From NCBI GenBank assembly GCA_965263355.1, contig CBDHHL010000032.1:2016001-2080000 (forward strand): 64,000 bases of DNA, given 5' to 3'. Every line of letters starts with the position of its first letter. Positions within the stretch are counted from its first letter, which is position 1. The notes beneath the pieces were generated by a model. That model was given only the letters and a program-made list of their open reading frames with translations. It had not been told where the DNA came from and made no database searches. Positions 1 to 9,763 of this stretch are shown piece after piece. The position numbers were made by a program, and so were the translations under genes. Source of the DNA: Leptolyngbyaceae cyanobacterium (GTDB lineage: Bacteria; Cyanobacteriota; Cyanobacteriia; Phormidesmidales; Phormidesmidaceae).

Positions 1-939
1 AGCCTGGTAAGACCGCTGATTAATGGATACTGACTGCAGGCTCCCCAACGTGAGTCGATGAATGCTCTCAATGGGGACTCCAACTCGAGCTTCCAAGATT
101 GAATTTTCAGCTAACTGCAATATGGTTTGACCGGGAGCAATTACTGTGCCTTCATCCGCTAATCGAGAGACGATGGTACCTGCAAATGGAGCTTTTAATG
201 TGCTGTTCCCTAAATCTAGTTCAATATTGTCAAGGCTGGCATTCAATTGTTCAACAACGGCGACTTGGGCGGCTATTTCCTCTTTGCGGGGACCTGCATT
301 TAGCTCATCTAAACGACTTTGAGACTGACTCAAACGAGCTTCTAATTGATTGGATGCAGCCTCGACCTCATCTAACTCTTCTTTAGAAATGGCACCCTGG
401 TCATAGAGCTCTTGCCGACTTAGTTGTCTGGCTTGTTCTAGCTTAAGTTGTTCTCTGATTTCAGTAATTTCGGCCTGTGCGATCTCGATTTCTTCAGGTC
501 TTGTTCCTGCCTTTAACTCCTGCAGACGGGCCATTTCTTCGCTATGCTGTGCTTGTATCTGGGAGCGTTGAATAGTGAGTGAACCAGTCCCTAGAACAGC
601 CAGCGGAGTTCCTTGTTCAACCCAGTCACCGTCATCGACCAGAATTTTGGTTACCTTACCTGTCCGTTCAAATCCTAGATCGCTACGACGACGAGCCACA
701 ACCTGTCCAGTATAGACATGGGCTACCTGATAGGTGTCAACTGGTAACGCTTTAACAACTTCAACTGGTAACGCCCCGACTTCGATGCTACTATCATCAG
801 CGGCCTGCACAGGCTGTTTACGAACTAGCCAACGATTCGAGGCCATGCCTACCAAAATGATCGAAAAAAGACATGGTAGGAGAATCCATTGAAGCCGAGG
901 TCGCTTCTCTCTATTTAATATTTGACTGGCACGATTCAT
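1..939 (-). CDS. Efflux RND transporter periplasmic adaptor subunit (5' part; runs off the window edge)
   Basis: Not in the ORF track. Manual translation from ATG at 939 (RBS-like GGGGAGA upstream) gives an N-terminal hydrophobic anchor, then YTGQVVARRRSDLGFERTGKVTKILVDDGDWVEQGTPLAVL, typical of the membrane-fusion lipoyl region. Confidence 0.85.
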   Translation of the reverse strand, partial: MNRASQILNREKRPRLQWILLPCLFSIILVGMASNRWLVRKQPVQAADDSSIEVGALPVEVVKALPVDTYQVAHVYTGQVVARRRSDLGFERTGKVTKILVDDGDWVEQGTPLAVLGTGSLTIQRSQIQAQHSEEMARLQELKAGTRPEEIEIAQAEITEIREQLKLEQARQLSRQELYDQGAISKEELDEVEAASNQLEARLSQSQSRLDELNAGPRKEEIAAQVAVVEQLNASLDNIELDLGNSTLKAPFAGTIVSRLADEGTVIAPGQTILQLAENSILEARVGVPIESIHRLTLGSLQSVSINQRSYQA

Positions 940-1028
940 AGATTCTCCCCGTGTGTTGCGAAAACCCGCTTGTACGCTAGATTGTTGAAATCCAAAGAAA
1001 TTCTACGATCTTAAATAGAATGTAACAA

Positions 1029-1054
1029 TGAATAATTTTTTGAAAAATTATTCA
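1029..1054. promoter_or_regulatory. Perfect 12-bp inverted repeat (TGAATAATTTTT-TG-AAAAATTATTCA), candidate operator
   Basis: Seen directly, about 90 bp upstream of the RND adaptor start; function inferred. Confidence 0.45.
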
Positions 1055-1128
1055 AGGAACTAGGCTGTAACCTATGACAAAGAGTGAGTTTAATAGTTTA
1101 TTGTTAACTAGACTATCAATGCTGCAAA

Positions 1129-2081
1129 CTATACCTGGCTACGAAACCATTGCAAAGTCGTTTCAATAGCCTTTGGCAAAGGTGTTGCGATATTTCCAAA
1201 TGTGTTGACAAACTTATCGTGGTTAACGATAAAAGGCTGCTCAAACTCATAAAATACTTCTAGCAGTTCCCCAGCAGGCTTTTTGAATAGGCCTACTAAC
1301 CGCAGCATCAGTTTGGAAACCATCTGATAGTTTGGCGTTCTTGACCGGCCTGTTGAAAAATTTGGTCAATAAATTGACGGGTTGTGATGGTTTCTGCACT
1401 GGGAATATGCCAGGCTTGGCCCAATGCGGCTTCCTGCTCCCCAAACAAAACAAGTGCAGCCCCTACATCTGAAATGTAGGTAAAGGTATGGGGTTGATCC
1501 ACATCGCCAAATACTTGGGCGGCTTTTCCAGCTAACGCCGCCTGAAAAACCTGTTCCCCCGCCGCAGAGACTCTTACATGGGGGCCAAAAAAGTCTGAAG
1601 CACGACCAATGGCAACCCTCACTTTCCCAGCCTTATGGGCATCCAACAGGTCTGTTGCCATTTTAGCCCTGACTTTACCCTTACGGGTGTGAGCAATATA
1701 AGGCATGGCCTCAGTCATAGGCTGACCATGGGTATCGCCATACATGTATAAATTATCCATAACAACCAGTTTGGCATCTGCGAACGCAGCCGCTTCAACA
1801 AGGCTATTCTGAAGTGCTGGAAAAAGCTCCGGCCAACGATGGTAGGGAGGATTTAGAGCATTATAAATAACAGATGCTCCCTTAGTAACCTCCCGGGCAA
1901 AGCTAGCAGATGATGCATCACCACCGACAACCTCTACACAATCTACTACAGGAGCCTTCCCAGTACGATTTACAAGTCTCACACGCTGTTTTTTATCCAA
2001 CAGGTGTTCCGCAATTGAAAAACCTACTGGACCTGTTCCAAAAACAACATGAAAATCTGTTTCAAGAAAATTATATGACAT
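1129..2081 (-). pseudogene. NAD-dependent epimerase/dehydratase (SDR), split by a -1 frameshift near 1325-1345 (real or sequencing error)
   Basis: ORF 1308..2081 has the Rossmann motif VFGTGPVG and RASDFFGP; ORF 1129..1323 supplies the family-typical C-terminus (FEQPFIVNHDKF..TPLPKAIETTLQWF). Confidence 0.8.
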
Positions 2082-2444
2082 ATTTGATTTGCGCTCGACA
2101 ACCTATCGCTTGAGTAATAATATCCCCCTTTTCATATGGAAAGGCATTATGAATTGACATTACTACCTTCCTTGGCTTGAGCTTAGCAACCCCCTTGAAA
2201 TATCTGCTGAGCCTAACTAAAAAGATATCTGATAACTTATATACATCAGATATCTTTTTAGTTTTTAAGACCTGCGATAAAATCATGAACAAAGCAAAGT
2301 TTTGTGATGATAGATTTGTAGGCTAATATAAGGCATCTAGACCAGAAGTTATGCCATCTAGAGCTTGTTAGCTCAAATTGTGAGCACATACATTTATGCT
2401 GCCAACCATCCTTATAATTCTGGATAAAAGGCCATTTTGACATG

Positions 2445-3254
2445 TTACTCTAAAGAACCGGTGCCTGAGTAACGCTTAAATACCACTAACCCAACTCCCA
2501 TTACAATCATCCCAAAAACGCTATTACTTAAGTCGGGAACGGGAGTTGTTTCAATTTCTTGAAGAACTCTGTCAGCCCTGCCTTCAATAAATAATAAACC
2601 AGTTGTATCGACTGGAGCACCAGCAGCTTGCAGGAAATCACTAAAATCTTGAGCAATTGTAAGATCAATATCTTGCAATATTAAGGTTGAAGCAGCAGGA
2701 TCTAAATCAAATACTCCAACTTCAACATCGAATAAACGAAGCTCTGGATTACGTTGTTCGTCCTCTTGAGCCACGAAGGTCTGAAAATCTGGGCTAAAAA
2801 TATTCGAAGGAACAAAAGTTGAGAAGTTATCAAATTCCAAAACCGAATCTAAATCAAGCTTTGTGGTATCAACATCAAATGTAATAGCCGTATCAAACGA
2901 CTCTATACCCCCTGTAGGGAAAGGCTCTATACCCTCCAATGCAACTGGAAGAAGAAAGCCTCCACCAACGTCAACAGCTTCAAAAGCTAACGTGCTACGA
3001 CGTAAAGATGTCGAATCTGGAGGAATAAATTGAAAACCAAAGTCAAATCCTGGTGCTGGATTAGCCGTTATCTCGGGTGGAAGGAGGGTTAATCCCAAAT
3101 CCTCTAGAATTTCAATTGTTTCGGGTACAAATCGAACGCTTTCACTCCCATCAACCTCTAAAAAAGTTTGAGCTACAGCTGGACTAACTAGTCCAAACGA
3201 GAGAGTTAAGGCAGACAATAGATTTAAGGGAAACTGAAACTTAGGCTCCAACAT
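2445..3254 (-). CDS. Secreted PEP-CTERM-like surface protein (variant VPDL motif)
   Basis: Signal peptide (..SPAVAQ), acidic body, C-terminal TPVPDLS + TM helix + KR; paralogous to 3586..4371. Likely start ATG 3254. Confidence 0.75.
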   Translation of the reverse strand: MLEPKFQFPLNLLSALTLSFGLVSPAVAQTFLEVDGSESVRFVPETIEILEDLGLTLLPPEITANPAPGFDFGFQFIPPDSTSLRRSTLAFEAVDVGGGFLLPVALEGIEPFPTGGIESFDTAITFDVDTTKLDLDSVLEFDNFSTFVPSNIFSPDFQTFVAQEDEQRNPELRLFDVEVGVFDLDPAASTLILQDIDLTIAQDFSDFLQAAGAPVDTTGLLFIEGRADRVLQEIETTPVPDLSNSVFGMIVMGVGLVVFKRYSGTGSLE

Positions 3255-3423
3255 AGCTAAAAACCTGGAAAACACCTTAGATATTTGAATGGATAATACG
3301 CCAAATGATTGTTCGCGTTGGAAACAAAATACACTCATAGCCAGAGAGTAATGTAACTTTTATTATCATTTTTTCTCTTATAGCGCTTTAGGGATAAGGG
3401 AGGATATGGAAATAAAACTATCT

Positions 3424-3531
3424 AATACCAAATCCGAATCCAGTCAGTTCAATTGAAAACAGATAATCCTGTAGGGGCGGTGCCTCGTGCCCGTCCTGCG
3501 ATATCGGATGGAGGCAACTCGAATTCGCATA
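3424..3531. repeat. Short REP/MITE-like element with GTAG-type palindrome
   Basis: GTAGGGGCGGTGCCTCGTGCCCGTCCTGC hairpin (3471-3499) inside imperfect inverted ends (AATACCAAATCCGA ... TCGAATTCGCATA). Confidence 0.45.
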
Positions 3532-3585
3532 AGACCGTTCCCTTACCCTCAAAGCACTAACAGAAAAGAGAGTTGGCAGACCTAA

Positions 3586-4371
3586 TTATGCTGGATGGTT
3601 TAAAGCGACATTAGGGTAGTCACCATCTTTTTTACTTATATACTTGAACTTTTTCAGAGCTAAAAGACCAACCGCTGTAGCTAAAAGACCTGGCCAAACA
3701 TTGGGTTCAGGCACAGCAGCCACCTCTCTGAAAGTTCTAAATTCATGTGCCTCAGCAATCTTTAGACCAGCAACTGACTGAGTCGCACCAGCCTCAGTTA
3801 AAAAGTCACTAAATTCTTGAGAGATGAATACGTCGACGCCATCCACTGTCCAGCTATTAGTGGCTATGTCATAGATTGGTCCACTGGGCAATCCTAAATC
3901 AGTAAGTCGAGCATTTGTTGTCACTGTATCAATCGCAAAGAAATTAAAGTCGTCATCAAACGCGATTGTGTTGTCACCTACAATTAATTGTGATTCAAGT
4001 GCTAGCTTACTGGTATCAACATCAAATGTTAGGGTGCCATCAAATTCCTCAACACCTTCTAAAGGTAAGTCAAAGCCAGTCTCTGGATCATAGAGAAAGC
4101 GATAGGTTGTACCACGGACACCAGGTTCTGAACTAGGTGGAAGGAGATCCCAACCGTAGGTATAGCCTTCAAAAGGTTCTGCTGTACTTTCTCCTTCGAC
4201 GAAGGATAGGCCTATTGATTCTAATACATCAAGACCTTCTGGTACTAGACGAACACTATCTACACCGTCTATCTCTTCATAAACTCTAGGCTGTGCATTA
4301 GCCGACACTGGCAATAGCACGCTCAAAGCAGGCAACAATCCTAAAGTAAATATGGATAGGAAACGAGACAT
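3586..4371 (-). CDS. PEP-CTERM sorting-domain protein
   Basis: Signal peptide ending SANAQ; C-terminal AVPEP + TM + KKFK. Confidence 0.85.
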   Translation of the reverse strand: MSRFLSIFTLGLLPALSVLLPVSANAQPRVYEEIDGVDSVRLVPEGLDVLESIGLSFVEGESTAEPFEGYTYGWDLLPPSSEPGVRGTTYRFLYDPETGFDLPLEGVEEFDGTLTFDVDTSKLALESQLIVGDNTIAFDDDFNFFAIDTVTTNARLTDLGLPSGPIYDIATNSWTVDGVDVFISQEFSDFLTEAGATQSVAGLKIAEAHEFRTFREVAAVPEPNVWPGLLATAVGLLALKKFKYISKKDGDYPNVALNHPA

Positions 4372-4606
4372 ATTTAATATTCTCCCAAGTTATCAAGTTG
4401 ATACAGTTAGCTTAAATAGCACAAGAGTACTATATTGCACTACTAAACATCAGCAATGGCATATTAGAGGTGCTGCAAAATAGATAGACAAAATAGCTCA
4501 ATCCCTTTCGCATTAATGGATTCAGTTTTTGCAACGCAAAATCAACTGGGATCCTTTTTTGCCAAAGGGTTTAAGTCCAGCAGGTCCTTATATCAAAACA
4601 CGTCTA

Positions 4607-5596
4607 TTATTGAGACAATTTTGTCTTCCGCTTAAGCCCCACTAGCCCCCACAGTCCAAACATGGATAAACCTAGAACAATAGAAGGTTCTGGAACTTTT
4701 TCTGCTTCTTCCAAAGGGACAGCTCTTAACGTCATAGGGAATGGAAATGATAAGACACCAAATCCATTGCCTACACTAAAAATAGGATCTTGCACCTGTG
4801 ATTCTTCATAAACTGCTTGAATCCCGCCACCAGAAGAATCAACATCCTGTAAAAACGAATCAGCCAGTCCGGAAAGTAAAGGATCTAATCCATCTACTTT
4901 GGCCACAGAGAATGGATCGGAGAAGATGGCATCAAAGTCATCATCAATCTCCGGCGTTTCACCGTATTCCAAAATGTTATAGAAATCGGAATAGCCAAAG
5001 CTAAGGATCTTAGTAGTATCTTGGACCAAAAAGATCTCTACATCATCTGGATTAGCTGTATAAATTCTTTCTTCTACCGTAGAGTTAGAGTCGGCAAACC
5101 AATCTTTACCAAACTCATCATCACCCAGATTCCACGTTTGAGTAAAGTCTTTTCCTTCTCGCTGTCCGTAGCCTAGACCAATGGAATTGAGGGAAATAGT
5201 ATTATCGTTCAAGTAGCTTGAAAAAGATGAAAACCCAAGGATATCAGTCAAACTACTAGAACGAGTTGTTCCAGTAGAGGGTTCTTCTGGACTGGCACTT
5301 TTTCCTGTAGTGTAATAAGGTGCAATATTACCGGGAGAATTGCGACTGATTTCTACATGACCTACGTCTGGTGCTGTAAAATCCAGATTAAAAAAAGCTG
5401 TAAATCCTTGGTTATCAGCAGGATCTCCAGATAGAAATAGCTGATTGTCTGACTGCAAAGGTCGAGTCGTAATATTTTCTAGCTGAGTATAGTCGTACTG
5501 ACTGAGATCAAAGTCAGCCGCTTTCGCTGGCAATGGAACAAATGCGACCAGACTACCACCCAACAATAAGTGGGTAAGAACAATTTTCTCTTTCAT
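4607..5596 (-). CDS. PEP-CTERM sorting-domain protein
   Basis: Likely start MKEKIVL at 5596; signal peptide ending PAKAA; C-terminal KVPEPS + TM + KRKTK. Confidence 0.85.
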   Translation of the reverse strand: MKEKIVLTHLLLGGSLVAFVPLPAKAADFDLSQYDYTQLENITTRPLQSDNQLFLSGDPADNQGFTAFFNLDFTAPDVGHVEISRNSPGNIAPYYTTGKSASPEEPSTGTTRSSSLTDILGFSSFSSYLNDNTISLNSIGLGYGQREGKDFTQTWNLGDDEFGKDWFADSNSTVEERIYTANPDDVEIFLVQDTTKILSFGYSDFYNILEYGETPEIDDDFDAIFSDPFSVAKVDGLDPLLSGLADSFLQDVDSSGGGIQAVYEESQVQDPIFSVGNGFGVLSFPFPMTLRAVPLEEAEKVPEPSIVLGLSMFGLWGLVGLKRKTKLSQ

Positions 5597-5883
5597 ATTT
5601 AAGGAAACTGTCAACAAAAAAAACAACTCTATAGATCTAATCGGTTCAATGTCCCCTAAAGGCCTAATAAAAAGGTCAGACTTTTTCATGCGCTAAAAAC
5701 ACTTTGATCCTTCTATTGTGCTTGACCTCTTATAAAGTGAAGTTATTGATATAGATCATCTTCATATATTATAACTACTGTTCCAGTCCGTTGAAGGCTC
5801 TTCATCAGTAGTTAGAAAGAAAGTGATCATTTGTAAAAATAAAGTCCATATATAGCAGATTGCTTTTATATCAAACTTTATTT

Positions 5884-6624
5884 TTATTCAGAAAAACGAT
5901 GACGTAATCTAAAAATTACAAAGGCTAAAGCCAGATACCAAAAATTAAGCAACGTCGTACTAATAAAAACGGTAGAGTCAAATAAGCTGATGCCTAAATC
6001 TCCTAACAGACTCAAAAACCATGCGATAGCTACTACAATACCGAACCAACTTATCCACTTAGGCATGTATTGAAAGCGTAGTACTGAGATCGCAATCCCT
6101 CCCACCCAGAGAGCCGTAAAAAATTGCACACCGATATACTCGCCTGTCTTGCCAGCATAGAGATTGAAGCTATCGTACAGTAGTGAAACAGTCTCCTGGG
6201 TTAATGGGGAACTCTCTGGTGCGCCATAACGATCTGCTAAATAAGGCATTAAAAATAGCCATCGCACAATACCCAGGCATTTCATTGCGCCGCTTAGTAC
6301 TCCAAACGCTGTGGCACTTAGCAACAGTAGATTTTGTTTTGATGTAAGCAGGATACAGCACAGTGAGATCGCAAGTGGAACAAGCAAAATAGCAGATATA
6401 AGATAGCTATAATATCCAAAAAGAACTGCCCAGTGATGGGCAGCTAACTGTGGAAGAACAACCGATGCAGGTTCGCCCAGGCTAGCGGGCCAGTCGATCG
6501 CCTGGGCCAGGACACCAAAGGCAATCATAAAAAAGCCAAACTCTAAAACTAATAGTAGTGAGGCAACCCGAGGAAGATTACCCTTTAGTTCCATAGTTTG
6601 TGCATGCTGAGAGGGTATTTGCAT
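5884..6624 (-). CDS. Multi-pass membrane protein, DUF4386-like
   Basis: About 6 hydrophobic helices; IDWPASLGEPASVVL and GIVRW motifs resemble this family. Confidence 0.6.
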   Translation of the reverse strand: MQIPSQHAQTMELKGNLPRVASLLLVLEFGFFMIAFGVLAQAIDWPASLGEPASVVLPQLAAHHWAVLFGYYSYLISAILLVPLAISLCCILLTSKQNLLLLSATAFGVLSGAMKCLGIVRWLFLMPYLADRYGAPESSPLTQETVSLLYDSFNLYAGKTGEYIGVQFFTALWVGGIAISVLRFQYMPKWISWFGIVVAIAWFLSLLGDLGISLFDSTVFISTTLLNFWYLALAFVIFRLRHRFSE

Positions 6625-6697
6625 AATTTATACAAGTAATGCGCCTAAAGTGTTGGCAACTGAAAATCGATCAGCAACACTAGCAAATTTCAGTCCT

Positions 6698-7882
6698 TTA
6701 ATAGGCTTTTCTGTCACCCTTGAAGAATGTCAGGAAAAAGCCCAGAATTATAAATGTTAATAACATTGGGCTAAATAAATGCCGATTGCCCAGGTATTGC
6801 ATGGCTGCTCCAGACAAAATTGGGCCAAGGCTACAGCCCACACTGTAAGCAGTTGTAAACAGACCACTCCCCGATGGTAACTCTCGTTCTGGTAGTTGAC
6901 TAGCAATAATTGCTAGGGCTAGGGGAAAAATTGGGCTCATTGCAGCCCCTGTTACAAATGCAAGCAGTTTTACTAACAGTAGATTTTCTGTTAGAGATAA
7001 TCCCAAAACGGACAACACAATGATGATCGTACTAAGCCAAAGGATTCTTATTCGGTCCCAACGATCGGCAAGGTAAGTAACAGGAATAGTCGCTAGCAAT
7101 CCCCCCAGGATAAATGCACTAAAGGTATAGCCGATTTGAGCTACAGCATATTGTTGTCGTAGTAGAAAAACTGGATAGAGGGACACTAAACTGGCAATGG
7201 CTACACCATAGGAAAATGCTCCCTGGAGGGGTAGTTTAATTCGTTTGAAAACGCGAAAATTCAGTCGTTTGAAACGAATACTCTTTTCAGGCAGACCCAC
7301 TAGGGTAATTAAAATACCGCTGAGGATAATTAAGCTACCTAAACTAAATGTGATCCTGGGAGAAAGATCATAGGCAGCAGCTCCAATCAGTGGGCCCAAG
7401 CCAAACCCTAAGCTAAAACAAAGGGCGTCAATGCCATTAACAGTGGCTCGATTACTGTCGGTACAAAAGTAATTGATAGCCGTCTGACCTGAAATTAGGT
7501 AGAGACAGACCGCACACCCCATCAAGGTTCGCAGAACAAACCACAAAAATAGATTATTGGTTAATGGAAATATAGGAGCGATAATTCCCATAAACGCAAA
7601 CCCAATTATCATGGTTTTACGTAGTCCGATGCGTTGGAGTAGGATTGCTACCATCGGTGTACCAAGGGCAGTTGCCAAGAAGTAGACAGTTGAATTCGCA
7701 CCGATCCAGAAATCTGAAACGCCCTGCTGGGTCATCAGTGTAGAAATAAAGGGATTGAACAATCCTAAGGAAAGCCCCGATAAAAAGGCAACTGCATATA
7801 GGGCTGGAAGCCCCTTGGAAAAGGGAGATACAGATGGAGGCGAAGATACTTTTTGCATTTCAAAACTCGTGATTGATGACAA
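6698..7882 (-). CDS. MFS transporter
   Basis: About 12 TM segments, MFS loop motifs (LLQRIGLRK, YLADRWDRIR). Confidence 0.9.
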   Translation of the reverse strand: MSSITSFEMQKVSSPPSVSPFSKGLPALYAVAFLSGLSLGLFNPFISTLMTQQGVSDFWIGANSTVYFLATALGTPMVAILLQRIGLRKTMIIGFAFMGIIAPIFPLTNNLFLWFVLRTLMGCAVCLYLISGQTAINYFCTDSNRATVNGIDALCFSLGFGLGPLIGAAAYDLSPRITFSLGSLIILSGILITLVGLPEKSIRFKRLNFRVFKRIKLPLQGAFSYGVAIASLVSLYPVFLLRQQYAVAQIGYTFSAFILGGLLATIPVTYLADRWDRIRILWLSTIIIVLSVLGLSLTENLLLVKLLAFVTGAAMSPIFPLALAIIASQLPERELPSGSGLFTTAYSVGCSLGPILSGAAMQYLGNRHLFSPMLLTFIILGFFLTFFKGDRKAY

Positions 7883-8811
7883 CTTTAGATAAGCATTATC
7901 AATGATTTGAAAAATTAAACACGCATTAGTTTGAAGAACTACTAGCCAAGTTGCTTAAAAAATATGATCTACGGGCCTGACAAATAAGTAGCTTTAAAAA
8001 GCTTAGTTTGAATAGCTGGCACCTTCAATAGACTATCCTTTGGTTTTTTTTGAAAAAATTTATAATTTTGTTGATCAAGGCCAGATAGAAGTAGTCCAGG
8101 AGGAAAGCACCGAAATAAAATCTCAGGTAAGGGCTAACAATGACCAATGGTGATGACGTTCTATAATTCATCACTACAATTGGGTAGGCTTTTTGAATTT
8201 TCATGAAGATATTGAAAACTCTGCAGAATTCTCTTGGCTTTCTTTGGAGATCCCTCGAAGAAGTCATCATAATACATCGGGCACTTCAATTTTTGTGTTC
8301 AGATTTTAAGTTGTTTATTGTCTAAAAAGCCATTAAGTACCCTTTAGGGTACTAGGTAAACTAGGCCTCAGGTTTGACAATTCATGTATCAAATGGGTTA
8401 AATCTGTTTTTATGATCAATCACTCTAAACACTAATCAGGCCCTGAAATTGACAGTTAGAATACAGGAGCCTAGCCCATACAAACTAGCCAGACCCCTTG
8501 CAGTTTTCTGCCAGTAAGTCCGCTATTATAGTTGACCAACTGTAGTAGAAAGTGAAGAACTTTCCGATCTGACCAACTCTAATATATAGATGAATCAAGC
8601 TTTATAGAGTTTACAGAGAGTTTTTTGATCCGAACAAGGGAAATTAGCTCTCATAAGCGTTGTTCTTATTTTTTGCAGATTTTTTCAAATTCTACACTAG
8701 TTGTCCGAAGGAATAGGCCCATGATTCAGAAGTGGGCAGCCGTAGAAACCTGTGAGTTGATTTAGCTCATTTGAGTAGAACCGCTATATCTATATTAAGA
8801 AGAGAATTAAA

Positions 8812-9609
8812 GTGATGTCCAAAATTTTGATAATCTCGGATTCTTCAAAGACCCTTGATTTCTTTCGGCAGTGCCTATGCAGTGAAGGATATCAAATACT
8901 CACTGCATCTGATGGGCTAGAGGGAATTAATCTGGCACAATGTAGACAACCTGATTTAATCATCTGTGATGTTCTCGCTTCACAGGACGACTGCTACGCC
9001 GTATTATCTCATTTGCGAGATAATATAGATACAGCGATTATTCCTTTTATATTCCTAACCACCAGATTTTCTAGGGAAGAAACCCGTTATGGTATGGTTC
9101 TTGGTGCCGACGACTATCTGATTAAACCCTATACAACTGAAGAGATCCTGAGTGCTGTCTCAGCTCGACTTAGTAGACAGAAAATACTTAGGCAATGGTA
9201 CACAAGCGAATACCAAATCCAGCAATCTAACCAGTTCTCTCACATAGAACATGAATTGCCTCCTAAGACCGATTCTATTTTCCCTAATATCCCTAAACTA
9301 GAGAAGATTTTTACCTTCATTGAGAAAAATTTTCGTCAGTCGATCACCCTGGGAGACATTGCAAAAGTGATGAATTATTCTCCAACGTACATGACACATC
9401 TCGTTAAGTGCAAAACGCAGCGCAGCGTTCACCGTTGGATCATTGAACGGCGCATGTTAGAGGCCAGAAAGTTATTATTGGAGGGTGGCCTCACAGTTAA
9501 GGAAATCGCACTACAAGTTGGCTACAATGAACCCTGTTACTTTACACGACAGTTTAAAAAACATCACCAGGTCTCTCCTACAGCTTGGCAAGAGAAAAAT
9601 GGTTTCTGA
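8812..9609 (+). CDS. Response regulator, REC + AraC-type HTH
   Basis: PDLIICD, GADDYLIKP receiver motifs; C-terminal ERRMLEARKLL..VKEIALQVGY..YFTRQFKK..SP AraC signature. Confidence 0.92.
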   Translation: MMSKILIISDSSKTLDFFRQCLCSEGYQILTASDGLEGINLAQCRQPDLIICDVLASQDDCYAVLSHLRDNIDTAIIPFIFLTTRFSREETRYGMVLGADDYLIKPYTTEEILSAVSARLSRQKILRQWYTSEYQIQQSNQFSHIEHELPPKTDSIFPNIPKLEKIFTFIEKNFRQSITLGDIAKVMNYSPTYMTHLVKCKTQRSVHRWIIERRMLEARKLLLEGGLTVKEIALQVGYNEPCYFTRQFKKHHQVSPTAWQEKNGF

Positions 9610-9717
9610 TTAATTAGTAGGAAATTCGGACAAGGTACACCCCCTAAGCGATTACTCATTAGGGTATAAGATACACTTCCGAATTTATTGAAACCCGATT
9701 AAAAATGGACAATCCTA

Positions 9718-9745
9718 AAAGGGCACTCACAAGGTAGTGCCCTTT
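9718..9745. terminator. Stem-loop between convergent genes (AAAGGGCACT-8nt-AGTGCCCTTT)
   Basis: Perfect 10-bp inverted repeat about 20 bp past the NRPS stop. Confidence 0.7.
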
Positions 9746-9763
9746 GATACCGGACACCACCAG

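Noticed and set aside
99..386. 95-aa plus-strand ORF
   Set aside because: Antisense to the RND adaptor gene.
2071..2443. Short ORFs 2071..2292 and 2258..2443
   Set aside because: AT-rich intergenic sequence; no RBS or family features.
4467..4575. Possible degenerate MITE (GAGGTGCTGCAAAA ... TTTTGCAACGC)
   Set aside because: Ends are imperfect and no target duplication was found.
8025..8270. 81-aa ORF
   Set aside because: No recognisable motif; lies in a divergent promoter region.
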